From Prevotella phage Lak-B6, in the sequence record MK250025.1: DNA of 40,000 bases. One strand, given 5' to 3'. Made by a program: the position numbers and the translations under genes. Position 1 is the first letter of the stretch. Every line of letters begins with the position of its first letter. Below are positions 1-9,263 of this stretch, one piece after another. The notes under the pieces were generated by a model. It was not told the DNA's origin and made no database searches. It worked only from the letters and a program-made list of their open reading frames with translations.

Positions 1-145
1 GACAATGAATCTGCAATATTATTCACCAATGGTGCTATAACATATGCTGATAAAAAAATGAGTAAAAGAGTAATACCATTTTTAGCAGTTTCTATATAAA
101 ATATTAAGGTGATAATATTTTTGAAATATTATCACCTTATTTAAT

Positions 146-826
146 TTACTTCTTATATAAAATATTATCAATCATTCCTTTAGAACCATATGATTTTGCT
201 TCTTCTGCTGTCATCCAAAAATCTCTATCTGCATCAGATTTAATTTTTTTCATTGTTTGCCCAGAATGATTTGCAATAATATCATAAAGTTCTGTTTTTA
301 ACTTATTTATTTCTTTACATGTAATTTCTATATCACTTGCTTGGGTATGATCTCCAGTAGATGACATAGGTTGGTGAATCATTACACGTGAATGTGGTAA
401 TGCGTATCTCTTTCCTTCAGTTCCTGCACAAAGTAATATACTAGCCATACTAGCTGCCATACCGGCACATATAGTAGATACATCAGACCTTATAAATTGC
501 ATTGTATCATATATCTCTAATCCTGAATATACATCACCACCTGGTGAATTAATATAAATAGAAATATCAGTATTATCTACATTATCAAGATATAATAATT
601 GAGATGTAATAATATTAGCACTTTCTGCTGTTACAGGATTACCTAAGAAAATAATTCTATCCATCATCAATCTTGAGAATACATCCATTTGTGATACGTT
701 AAGTTGTCGTTCCTCAAGTATAGTAGGATTTTGATAACCCATATTTATACCATTCATATAATCATGTAAGTAAAGACTACTTACATTTCTTGAATTCATA
801 AACTTTTCAAAATCAGTTTTAATCAT
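146..826 (-). CDS. clpP: ATP-dependent Clp protease proteolytic subunit (ClpP-like)
   Basis: 226 aa ORF with INSPGGDVYSG, Ser-containing GMAASMAS and His-containing RVMIHQP motifs typical of ClpP. Confidence 0.93.
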   Translation of the reverse strand: MIKTDFEKFMNSRNVSSLYLHDYMNGINMGYQNPTILEERQLNVSQMDVFSRLMMDRIIFLGNPVTAESANIITSQLLYLDNVDNTDISIYINSPGGDVYSGLEIYDTMQFIRSDVSTICAGMAASMASILLCAGTEGKRYALPHSRVMIHQPMSSTGDHTQASDIEITCKEINKLKTELYDIIANHSGQTMKKIKSDADRDFWMTAEEAKSYGSKGMIDNILYKK

Positions 827-1319
827 CTATATTATAGTATTTCTTTCTAAAACATTTTTTTAGTAATGATACAACATGAATATTAGGAAATTCACAAGGA
901 TTATTAGGATTTGTTTCATTATAAATATCGGGATAACAATCTAATATAAATTTAACAACTCCTTGAGATCTAGATACTCCAGCTGAACAATGAACATAAA
1001 TATCTTTTCCTAAATTATTCTCTATAAAATTAAATAATTCATTTGCTTGATTATCTGTTAATCCTTTAATTGAATTTGCATATTTAATTTCATCTTCTGT
1101 TATATCATCTCCATATGCATATAATAAATTATAATCTGTAATATCATAAAAGTCTAAATTAATAACATTATCTCTTGATTTAAATATATGATATTCATCT
1201 TTTGCATTTGGTTCACATATAGATATTATTGCTATATTATCTGGTAATGTATTGTTATCCCATTTATTTTTATTCATTAACGATTTAAATCCGTCAAATC
1301 CTGTACACCAAATTTTCAT
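819..1319 (-). CDS. Dual-specificity / tyrosine-type protein phosphatase-like
   Basis: 166 aa ORF with HCSAGVSRSQG (HCxxGxxRS signature). Confidence 0.8.
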   Translation of the reverse strand: MKIWCTGFDGFKSLMNKNKWDNNTLPDNIAIISICEPNAKDEYHIFKSRDNVINLDFYDITDYNLLYAYGDDITEDEIKYANSIKGLTDNQANELFNFIENNLGKDIYVHCSAGVSRSQGVVKFILDCYPDIYNETNPNNPCEFPNIHVVSLLKKCFRKKYYNIDD

Positions 1320-1954
1320 AATTTACTTAATTGAATTTCTAATTCATGTATATGTGATAATTCTTTATCTATCTCATCATTTAAATAATCTATTCTATCT
1401 TGTGATTTTTTAATTAAACGTTTAAGTTCATCTGATAATATATTATTTTCATCAAAATAATTTGAAATAATTTTTTTAATATTATCTATTCCGTTAACAA
1501 ATGTTTTAAATTCATCATCTGTTAATTTAAAAGAAATTTGATTATTTAAATTATAAACATATATTTTTTCTTTTAATGATTTACATTCTTTTAAAAAGAG
1601 TTCTATATTTTCATCTATTATAAAATCTAAATCATAATCAGTAAATTTGACAAAAGTATTAATTTCAAAATTATCATACTTTGGATTAATAAATACGTCG
1701 TTAAATATATAATTTACATAATAGAATAAATCAACTCCATAAATATCATGAAACGAATCTGTATGACATACTATAAAATCTCCTAATTTCATATTAGAAA
1801 AATATCCATAATCGAAATCAAATATTTTTATTGTTCTATTTAATAAATCAATTGGTATATTATCTTTTAAAATTTTAGGAAAATCATTTTCATCAGGACA
1901 TTCTAATAATTTATGAATATCCTGATATATGTTTTTTAATTTCTCATATTCCAT
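1316..1954 (-). CDS. Hypothetical protein, C-terminal coiled coil
   Basis: 212 aa ORF overlapping the upstream member of the same-strand array by 4 nt. Confidence 0.7.
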   Translation of the reverse strand: MEYEKLKNIYQDIHKLLECPDENDFPKILKDNIPIDLLNRTIKIFDFDYGYFSNMKLGDFIVCHTDSFHDIYGVDLFYYVNYIFNDVFINPKYDNFEINTFVKFTDYDLDFIIDENIELFLKECKSLKEKIYVYNLNNQISFKLTDDEFKTFVNGIDNIKKIISNYFDENNILSDELKRLIKKSQDRIDYLNDEIDKELSHIHELEIQLSKL

Positions 1955-1956
1955 AT

Positions 1957-2646
1957 TTAAATAAACTTTTTAATATATTTTAATGTATCATGAATATCTT
2001 GAGAAAACTTAAACAATGCTTCCTTTGTTTTAAGATTAATATCTTTATATAGTTGTTCTTTCGTTTCAAACCCTATAGCATCATCTGATTTCATCCATGA
2101 TTTCTGTATAACTGCAGTATGCCTATTACTATCATTAATAGTAATATTATCCCAATTATTACCATATATATTAATTTCTGTATATACAATAGTTACTCTA
2201 TTATTAATAATATTTACATCTTCTAACATAATATAAGTATCATTAATATTATAATCAAAACCACATGGTTCTACACCATATGTTATATCTTTATAAAAAT
2301 CATTATCTACTTTTCGCATAACTTTACCAGTATCTAAATAATTATGCTGAATAAAATCACGTAATTCAATATTATATTGAGATATAAAATTACCGCATGG
2401 ACATTGTTCAGTCAAAAATATTTGCATATTATATGGTAAATATTTAAAATCTTCATTATTAACATTTAAATAACGACGTTTTACTAATTTAAATGTATAA
2501 TCAATATTATTGATATTAATAGTTACTTCTTCCTTTGCACAAAAATCTTGATATGTATGCAACTTATTTAAAAGACGTTTAAATAATGTAGCAACTCTAT
2601 CACAACCTAAATCATTTACTGAAATATCATATACTTCAAAATTCAT
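1957..2646 (-). CDS. Hypothetical protein
   Basis: 229 aa ORF in the minus-strand array; box TACAAAGATACAT just upstream. Confidence 0.75.
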   Translation of the reverse strand: MNFEVYDISVNDLGCDRVATLFKRLLNKLHTYQDFCAKEEVTININNIDYTFKLVKRRYLNVNNEDFKYLPYNMQIFLTEQCPCGNFISQYNIELRDFIQHNYLDTGKVMRKVDNDFYKDITYGVEPCGFDYNINDTYIMLEDVNIINNRVTIVYTEINIYGNNWDNITINDSNRHTAVIQKSWMKSDDAIGFETKEQLYKDINLKTKEALFKFSQDIHDTLKYIKKFI

Positions 2647-2680
2647 AGTTATATTATTTTTTAATTAAACATTCTATTAA

Positions 2681-2693
2681 TACAAAGATACAT
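2681..2693 (-). promoter_or_regulatory. Bacteroidetes-like promoter -7 box (minus strand ATGTATCTTTGTA)
   Basis: Contains TATCTTTG (TAnnTTTG) upstream of the 1957..2646 gene; recurrent in the window. Confidence 0.6.
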
Positions 2694-2764
2694 AAAATTA
2701 TTAAAAATAAAAAATAGTAATTAAGAAAACTAATATTAAATTTCTTAATTACTATATATTTTAA

Positions 2765-2971
2765 TTACTTTGATGACGAGCTAGATGATGATGGAAATAA
2801 TAATTTAGCAACTGTCATCAAACACAATGCATGAATATATGTAATTGTTGGTAAACCAAATAAATATGGCATAACATAATTCCAACAAATCATAAATATA
2901 ATTGCACCTAAAATAATAAATATAATTGCAACTAAAATAGTTACAATTGATGTCCATATAAAAGTTTTCAT
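2765..2971 (-). CDS. Small membrane protein
   Basis: 68 aa ORF with N-terminal hydrophobic segments and a poly-Ser C-terminus. Confidence 0.6.
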   Translation of the reverse strand: MKTFIWTSIVTILVAIIFIILGAIIFMICWNYVMPYLFGLPTITYIHALCLMTVAKLLFPSSSSSSSK

Positions 2972-3067
2972 ATAATTTATTTACTTGTAATTAATGCAAA
3001 TAGAATATTTGATAATACATTAAATCTAAACTTCTTTTTTGCATATCTACCTTTATTTTTTATTTGT

Positions 3068-3292
3068 TCATACTTCATTATTTCTATTATTATAATAATT
3101 AATCAAATCAACTTTCATTTCTTTATTAAATTGATTATTTCTTTTTCTATTTCTAATAACTCTATCTTCTGCTATTTCACAATTATAACGTTTCCATTTA
3201 TTTAAAATAGAACGTCTATACTTTGGTTTAATTTTATCTTTATTATCATGCATATAATCATATACAGCTTGTTCTTTAAAATTATTACTCAT
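3068..3292 (-). CDS. Small basic hypothetical protein
   Basis: 74 aa ORF rich in Lys/Arg/Asn, in array. Confidence 0.6.
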   Translation of the reverse strand: MSNNFKEQAVYDYMHDNKDKIKPKYRRSILNKWKRYNCEIAEDRVIRNRKRNNQFNKEMKVDLINYYNNRNNEV

Positions 3293-3334
3293 AGTATATT
3301 TTATAAAGATATTTTATTTTCAAAATAATAAAAA

Positions 3335-3400
3335 ATAAACATCAAAATTGTGGTTCTAAATCTTACTGCTACTTACTAAGACTACAATTTTGATGTTTAT
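3335..3400 (-). terminator. Rho-independent terminator of island 1
   Basis: Perfect 17-bp arms 3335-3351 / 3384-3400 (ATAAACATCAAAATTGT / ACAATTTTGATGTTTAT), followed on the minus strand by TTTTTATTATTTTG. Confidence 0.75.
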
Positions 3401-4180
3401 AAAAGCAATCATTCATTATCCTGCAGCATCCATATTAGTATAAGTTTCATTGCAATAGAACTTTACAACTATAGTGATAATCCACTTATACATTCTTTTA
3501 CTCTAAAGTCTTTTATATAACTTTATCATACATAATATATGTACTGTCCATCAATAAAAGGTTCTTTATTTCATCATGGTTTTATATCGTATAAACAACC
3601 CTCTGTATATCACTGATTCATTTCTTTACATTTAGAAATCAGGGTCTTTAAGCCTCAACGTTTGGCTGTAACTATTATCCTCAACCATTACCAGATAATG
3701 TCATCTTGTTTTTGTGGTGCATCTCACATACCTCCTTTAATCATAAAACAAGCAAAACTACTAAGACAAATAACGTTTCTTAGAACTTCTACGAATTTAC
3801 GCTCATATCAAATCATCATCTGATATAGACACCTAAATTAAGTGAATAAAGTTTACGACTCAATATAAAATTTTATATCTCAACCTTTATCAAAAACGAT
3901 TCATTAAATTCTTTTAAGGAACTTATTTCTAATTAAATGAAGGATTCATTTAAAATAGGTTCTCCCGAAAACATGCGGTTTATCCTTACTCATTATAATT
4001 ATAATAAGCGTTGTTTATAGCACTCATTAGAATTCATTATGTATTATCTAACTCTCATTTATAATATTCATAATTTATATGATATTAAAAGCAAAATGTC
4101 TAATATCATATTATAAATTATTTGTCTCGTTAGATATTATCAAAATTTCAAAGAACTCTTCATTGTTATTTTATTAACAA
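3335..4180 (-). ncRNA. Candidate large structured non-coding RNA (island 1; 5' end approximate)
   Basis: About 840 nt without a credible ORF even with TAG read through; -7 box at 4181-4193; several self-complementary elements (e.g. perfect 16-nt palindrome 3863-3878); ends in a 17-bp hairpin plus T-rich tract on the minus strand. Confidence 0.5.
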
Positions 4181-4193
4181 TACAAAGATACAC
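4181..4193 (-). promoter_or_regulatory. Bacteroidetes-like -7 box upstream of island 1
   Basis: TACAAAGATACAC; minus strand has TATCTTTG. Confidence 0.5.
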
Positions 4194-4243
4194 ATTCTTT
4201 TTTAATAAAAAAAATATTCTAAGAAAAAATTAAAAATATTTTT

Positions 4244-5044
4244 TTATCTTACAAAACATGTTGCATATCCATGTTCAACCTTAATAAATAATACTTCACC
4301 ATTTAACCACAATTTATCAAATGGTGTTTTATCACCATTTTCTTGCATATCTTTATGTTCATCAATAGCATATTTCTCAATGTCATCAATACTACCTTTA
4401 TAATAATTCTTTATGTTATCAGATTCAAGATATGCAATTCGCGACTTACATTCGTCAAGAAGTTCTTCAAATACAGGAACAGATTTATTACAAAATCTGT
4501 CATACTCATTCTGAAAATTAATATTAGATGAACAAATACCATTTGTAATAATACGAGATACATTTTCAAGTTTCTCTAGATTATCAAGGTCTACATAAAA
4601 ATCATCGCATGTAATATCATTATCTTTATACATCACTATAGTATGAATTTTTGCATTCCATAATTCACACCATTTATTTGCTCCATCCTCTACAAGTTGT
4701 CCAAAATCATTATCATGAAAATCAAACATAATCATGAAATTCTTATCAACTGTAATATCATTGGTTTCATATGGATCACCTTTATACTTATGTCCATCAT
4801 AAAGGCCTGTAAGATATGAAGAACGGCTTATCCTTAAAATCTCTTTCAAACAAAAATCCTTAATTTTTTTATATTCTTCGTCATTTAGATTATCTGTTCC
4901 ATCAAGTAAATCTAATACTGAGTCATAATATTTTTCTTCATTTTTTACATAGTCATAAGACATATCTACAAATGGCTTGCCGAACATACGAATTTCAGAT
5001 TTATTCATATCTTCTTGCATCTTCTTAAGATCTATTTCTTTCAT
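4244..5044 (-). CDS. Hypothetical protein
   Basis: 266 aa ORF in array, Asp/Glu rich. Confidence 0.8.
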   Translation of the reverse strand: MKEIDLKKMQEDMNKSEIRMFGKPFVDMSYDYVKNEEKYYDSVLDLLDGTDNLNDEEYKKIKDFCLKEILRISRSSYLTGLYDGHKYKGDPYETNDITVDKNFMIMFDFHDNDFGQLVEDGANKWCELWNAKIHTIVMYKDNDITCDDFYVDLDNLEKLENVSRIITNGICSSNINFQNEYDRFCNKSVPVFEELLDECKSRIAYLESDNIKNYYKGSIDDIEKYAIDEHKDMQENGDKTPFDKLWLNGEVLFIKVEHGYATCFVR

Positions 5045-5057
5045 ATTTCTTAATTAT

Positions 5058-5993
5058 TTACATTGTTCCATCATTAGGTTGCAAACACATAATTCCATGC
5101 TCTCGCCACATCTTAACCACTTTAGAAGAATCTTCCAATACAAACAATACATTATAATAAGGTTCAATATATTCCTTATATAAATTATATTTACAATCTG
5201 GACCCTTTGTAAAATTCTTCAAAGGTCTCATTAACACCTTATCAACATTACCAATAAGGTTATTCTTCAACCAATCTTCTGTTGCATGTCTAATATCGTC
5301 TGTATCTTCTCTACCTGTCAATATAATAACATCCACTGATTTATCGGCAATATATGTATTAACAAGTTGGCAAAGTTGCTTACATGGTTTATCATCCCTC
5401 ATGCTATCAGCAGCACCATTACCATAAAATGGCCGACCTTGAAGATTAAAACAAAGTGTAGCATCCATATCTACAAGAATACAATTCTTCTTCGTTTCAT
5501 CAAACTTCTTAAAGCTATTATATTGCTTATTATTAAGTTGTGTAGCAATAAAGTTTCTATATCGCCTATAAGTAGATTTGATAACGGATTCACCTATAGG
5601 ATTAGATCTAAATGAATCTCTTCTAATACATTCCTCTACCGATACATCAAAGAAATCCTTAAATTCCAATGTATAATGATACTCATTATGTGTCTCATTA
5701 TACTTATCAATTCTATCTTGCATTTCTTTCCATCCCTTTGGATTCAGGTTCATATTATCCATAATGATATTCCAACCTTTTTTCATAGGTGATTTAAAAA
5801 ATGCATCTGTCATATCTTTAATAACAGAAAGTTTCTCACGTGATTCTACCCAATACTCACCGAACATGTTTCTAAGAGAATCCCAATTAATTCTAATTCT
5901 CTCAGTTGGTTTTTCCTTTACCCAATGTTCAGCGAATGTAGACTTACCAGACGCTTGAATACCTCTTGTCAATATAATTACCCTTTCTTTCAT
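5058..5993 (-). CDS. pseT: Polynucleotide 5'-kinase / 3'-phosphatase (T4 Pnk-like)
   Basis: Walker A GIQASGKS with kinase domain, then HAD-type phosphatase motifs (VDMDATL, ILTGRE) and FVLEDSSKVVKMWREHGI. Confidence 0.88.
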   Translation of the reverse strand: MKERVIILTRGIQASGKSTFAEHWVKEKPTERIRINWDSLRNMFGEYWVESREKLSVIKDMTDAFFKSPMKKGWNIIMDNMNLNPKGWKEMQDRIDKYNETHNEYHYTLEFKDFFDVSVEECIRRDSFRSNPIGESVIKSTYRRYRNFIATQLNNKQYNSFKKFDETKKNCILVDMDATLCFNLQGRPFYGNGAADSMRDDKPCKQLCQLVNTYIADKSVDVIILTGREDTDDIRHATEDWLKNNLIGNVDKVLMRPLKNFTKGPDCKYNLYKEYIEPYYNVLFVLEDSSKVVKMWREHGIMCLQPNDGTM

Positions 5994-6011
5994 TATTACT
6001 AATTAATATAA

Positions 6012-6548
6012 TTAAAATTCTATTCCAATACCTGCATACCAACTATATCTTGTTGCTGTCACTTGAATATTAAAATGTTTCATATTAAATACAACTGCTC
6101 CACCATAATCAAAATCTTTAATTTGATCATCAACATTAAATTTATTATGAATACCATTACTATCTGTATGCCAATTATATCCATCTGTTGTACCAGTTGC
6201 ATCATATGCATAACCAACCATAGGAATAACTCGCAACCATTTTGTTATAGGTACCTGATAACCAACATGAAATGTTAACGCTTTATCATCATCCCATGTA
6301 TCTACTCTAACATCACTTCCATGTGAACTTGGCCAACCACCAAAATCTGCATATACACCATAGATCGTAGTAGACATTAATATTTGTTGAAGTCCTAAAT
6401 CATCTGAACATCCAATTCCACCAAAATGAAATCCAAAATTAATTTTTGTATTTGTTTCTTTGAAAATTTCTTTATAATTATTAGCATTTACAGTATTAAT
6501 ACTCATAAATGTAAACATCATAATTAGTGTAAAAATAATTTTCTTCAT
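6012..6548 (-). CDS. Secreted outer-membrane beta-barrel-like protein
   Basis: N-terminal signal peptide MKKIIFTLIMMFTFMSINTVNA; alternating aromatic/Gly strands and C-terminal YSWYAGIGIEF ending in Phe. Confidence 0.65.
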   Translation of the reverse strand: MKKIIFTLIMMFTFMSINTVNANNYKEIFKETNTKINFGFHFGGIGCSDDLGLQQILMSTTIYGVYADFGGWPSSHGSDVRVDTWDDDKALTFHVGYQVPITKWLRVIPMVGYAYDATGTTDGYNWHTDSNGIHNKFNVDDQIKDFDYGGAVVFNMKHFNIQVTATRYSWYAGIGIEF

Positions 6549-6591
6549 AATTTATATCTTTTAATTGTTTATTATTCTATTTAATTAACAA

Positions 6592-6604
6592 TACAAAGAT
6601 ACAT
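6592..6604 (-). promoter_or_regulatory. Bacteroidetes-like -7 box
   Basis: TACAAAGATACAT upstream of the 6012..6548 gene. Confidence 0.6.
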
Positions 6605-6743
6605 AATTTTTAGGAAAATAAAAAATTAATTATTATCAAATACTATATTTTCAACAAAATTAAGTTTCTTATAATTTCTATTCTTTGAATACTTATCGAT
6701 TATTTTTAAAAAATCGACCATAAATCTATAATCAAATTCTGGT

Positions 6744-6962
6744 TTATTCATCTTTTAACATCATTGCAAGAATAACAGATTTCATACATGTCATATATCC
6801 TTTAAGATACATATCTTTCAACATCAACCAAATTCTTTCAAATTCATCTGGTATCTTTTCACTTGTATCATCAGATATATTAGAGACACCGACAATAGTT
6901 TTAAGTTCTCGACGTGCTTGATAATCCGCCATTGCATTTAATTTATTCTTATTAAATTCCAT
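6744..6962 (-). CDS. Hypothetical protein
   Basis: 72 aa ORF in array. Confidence 0.6.
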   Translation of the reverse strand: MEFNKNKLNAMADYQARRELKTIVGVSNISDDTSEKIPDEFERIWLMLKDMYLKGYMTCMKSVILAMMLKDE

Positions 6963-6965
6963 ATT

Positions 6966-7595
6966 TTATTTGGAATTTAGTCCCAAACAATATTCTTTAT
7001 TAATTTTATCAATAAAAGAATTAATTCTAATTCTTAGTAATTCTGATTCTTCTTCAAATTCCTTAATTTTATCAATGTCTTTTTTAATATCATCTATATT
7101 ATGATTTAACAAATATTCATACGTATTAGGTTTAGATACTTTAAAATAATAAATATCTTCATTCATAATATTATTATGATTTAAAGCGCATGATAAATGA
7201 TAAGATTCCTCATTTGCAGATGAACCATGATAACCATATCCATCACTTTCAAAATATATACATAATGGTCCATAACTATAATGTCCACCTGGATATACAG
7301 TTGTTCTTAATGAGTTAATATGAAATGATTTACATATATTATATTTCTTATCTAAATAATCATTCAATAACTTATTAATACTCATCATTTGAAGGTCTAA
7401 TAATCTATCTAAATTTATATCATTATTCTTACTTATATATACACTGGAAACTTCTTTTACAACTGAGTCAATATCTAATTCATAATTCTCGTCTGTATAT
7501 AAATGAAGAATACAAAGAAATAATCTATGTATATATTCTTTCTTATCGTAATTTATATATGCAGTTTTTAATTTTTCTACATAATCATCTGTCAC
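6966..7595 (-). CDS. Hypothetical protein
   Basis: 209 aa ORF in array. Confidence 0.7.
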   Translation of the reverse strand: MTDDYVEKLKTAYINYDKKEYIHRLFLCILHLYTDENYELDIDSVVKEVSSVYISKNNDINLDRLLDLQMMSINKLLNDYLDKKYNICKSFHINSLRTTVYPGGHYSYGPLCIYFESDGYGYHGSSANEESYHLSCALNHNNIMNEDIYYFKVSKPNTYEYLLNHNIDDIKKDIDKIKEFEEESELLRIRINSFIDKINKEYCLGLNSK

Positions 7596-7657
7596 CTTCT
7601 TATTGATGTTATATTCGATATTCTTTATAAATTCTTTTTGCTCATTCTATGTCATAA

Positions 7658-7855
7658 TCATTGCTCTTTTATTTTTCTTAAAATAAATTTAGGTTCTTGA
7701 TAATAAAAATAATCTATTGTTTTATCATCTATAATGTTCAAATTATATAATGCTTGTGAAAACCTAATATCCTTATATGTCGTAAGATACTTCTTTAATA
7801 TATCTAATATTTCCATATTAGCATTGTATCTCTCAAATGTTTCTTTAGCTTCCAT
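7658..7855 (-). CDS. Hypothetical protein
   Basis: 65 aa ORF sharing 1 nt with the next gene. Confidence 0.55.
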   Translation of the reverse strand: MEAKETFERYNANMEILDILKKYLTTYKDIRFSQALYNLNIIDDKTIDYFYYQEPKFILRKIKEQ

Positions 7856-8253
7856 TAGAATAACGGATTAATTTTTATCTCGTTTGTTTTACTATATTCT
7901 TGTACATCTAAATTCAATGTTTCATTTAGCCAATCAGCAATTAAATGTCTGTGACAAAATTCATCTGGTTTTTCAAAACAACATAAAGCACAATCTTTAT
8001 TACCTGTTATAAACTTTAATCTATCTATAAATAAAGTTGGTTCTTTAAATATAGATAAAACTTCAGCTTTATATCGTTTTCTAAACTCTTGATGATTGCT
8101 TCTACAATTATTCAATATATCTGGTGTAGGTGCGATACTTGCTAAGTTAACCCCTTTGAAATCATTTGGCGGATAACAACACACACCTATAGGAATAATA
8201 TTATTCTTTATAAGATTATTAATATTACCAAAATAGCTTGTATATATTTTCAT
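7855..8253 (-). CDS. DUF488-like protein
   Basis: 132 aa ORF with CALCCFEKPDEFCHRHLIADWLN, the conserved C-terminal signature of the DUF488 family. Confidence 0.7.
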   Translation of the reverse strand: MKIYTSYFGNINNLIKNNIIPIGVCCYPPNDFKGVNLASIAPTPDILNNCRSNHQEFRKRYKAEVLSIFKEPTLFIDRLKFITGNKDCALCCFEKPDEFCHRHLIADWLNETLNLDVQEYSKTNEIKINPLF

Positions 8254-8462
8254 ACACGAAATAAACTATATATTTCATTATAAGTTTCTTTTGATATTGG
8301 ATATGATACTATATTACAATATTCTCCGAAATTCTGATCAACATCTACCATATAACCTTGTTTATATGTATCATAATAGCATCTTACTATATGTGAAACA
8401 TTAACTAAACCTGAAGATGTATCAATAAATTTATTATAATTTTTATTTTTTAACTTAATCAT
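8250..8462 (-). CDS. Hypothetical small protein (start corrected inward)
   Basis: MIKLKNKNYNKFIDTSS... The longer ORF-track start would overlap the divergent 8522..8845 gene. Confidence 0.55.
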   Translation of the reverse strand: MIKLKNKNYNKFIDTSSGLVNVSHIVRCYYDTYKQGYMVDVDQNFGEYCNIVSYPISKETYNEIYSLFRV

Positions 8463-8521
8463 AATACTAAAACTATATAACTTAATGTTTATATAATATA
8501 TAAATGTTTTTGTTTTATTTA

Positions 8522-8845
8522 ATGGGAGGTTTTGTTTATTTAATTTGCGATCCTGAATAGAATTGTTATAAAATAGGTGTAACAAGGAATATAGCATAGA
8601 ATAGATTAAAGTAGTTATAGACTGGTAACTCATCAAAATTACATATGGTTTCAAATATATATTGTGAATATCCTTTTAGACTTGAAACAATGTTACATAA
8701 TAAATTCAATCATAAACGTGCAAATGGTGAATGGTTCTATTTAGAATAGGAAGATATAAGTAATTTTAAAACTATATGTGAAGAAACAATATAGATGATT
8801 AATGTAATGAAAGATAATCCATTCTTTAGTAAAGATTTAAAATGA
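8522..8845 (+). CDS. GIY-YIG-like T5orf172/MUG113 family protein, visible only with TAG read through
   Basis: TAG=Q gives MGGFVYLICDPEQNCYKIGVTRNIAQNRLKQLQTGNSSKLHMVSNIYCEYPFRLETMLHNKFNHKRANGEWFYLEQEDISNFKTICEETIQMINVMKDNPFFSKDLK, ending at TGA; 6 in-frame TAGs; characteristic VYL...YKIGVT...R...LQTGN...LHNKF..KR.NGEWF. Confidence 0.85.
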
Positions 8846-8889
8846 ATAAAGGTGATATAAGAATAATAAAACTTATATCGCCTTTATTT

Positions 8890-9165
8890 TTAATTATCTT
8901 TCTTTTCTAATTCCTTATTAATATAATCCATATCTTCATCTGTTAAATCGCCAAATAATGTGAATAAATCTTTATTAATAAGTCCATATCTCATAAGATA
9001 TGCTAATGTCATTCTTACAGCATAATCTGCAATATCATAAGTTGTTGTAACTTCTAAATTTTGTAAATCTGGATTATTACCAACTACATTAGAAACTTTA
9101 TCAACAATCTTATCACATGTTTTTTTCATTGAATTTAATTCATTATTTGTTAATTTGGTACTCAT
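8890..9165 (-). CDS. Hypothetical protein (start corrected inward)
   Basis: MSTKLTNNELNSMKK...; the track's start at 9249 runs into a terminator hairpin. Confidence 0.6.
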   Translation of the reverse strand: MSTKLTNNELNSMKKTCDKIVDKVSNVVGNNPDLQNLEVTTTYDIADYAVRMTLAYLMRYGLINKDLFTLFGDLTDEDMDYINKELEKKDN

Positions 9166-9228
9166 AATATCATTAAATAATTTAATTATTATATTACAAC
9201 GATATGCATAAAGTTTAGAAATAAAAAA

Positions 9229-9263
9229 TGAGTTATTAGACTTATGCACAATCTAATAACTCA
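9229..9263 (-). terminator. Rho-independent terminator of island 2
   Basis: 12-bp perfect arms 9229-9240 / 9252-9263 (TGAGTTATTAGA / TCTAATAACTCA), followed on the minus strand by TTTTTTATTT. Confidence 0.8.

Noticed and set aside
5367-6278. Plus-strand ORFs antisense to pnk and the OMP gene
   Set aside because: Antisense to well-supported genes; no motif or start context.
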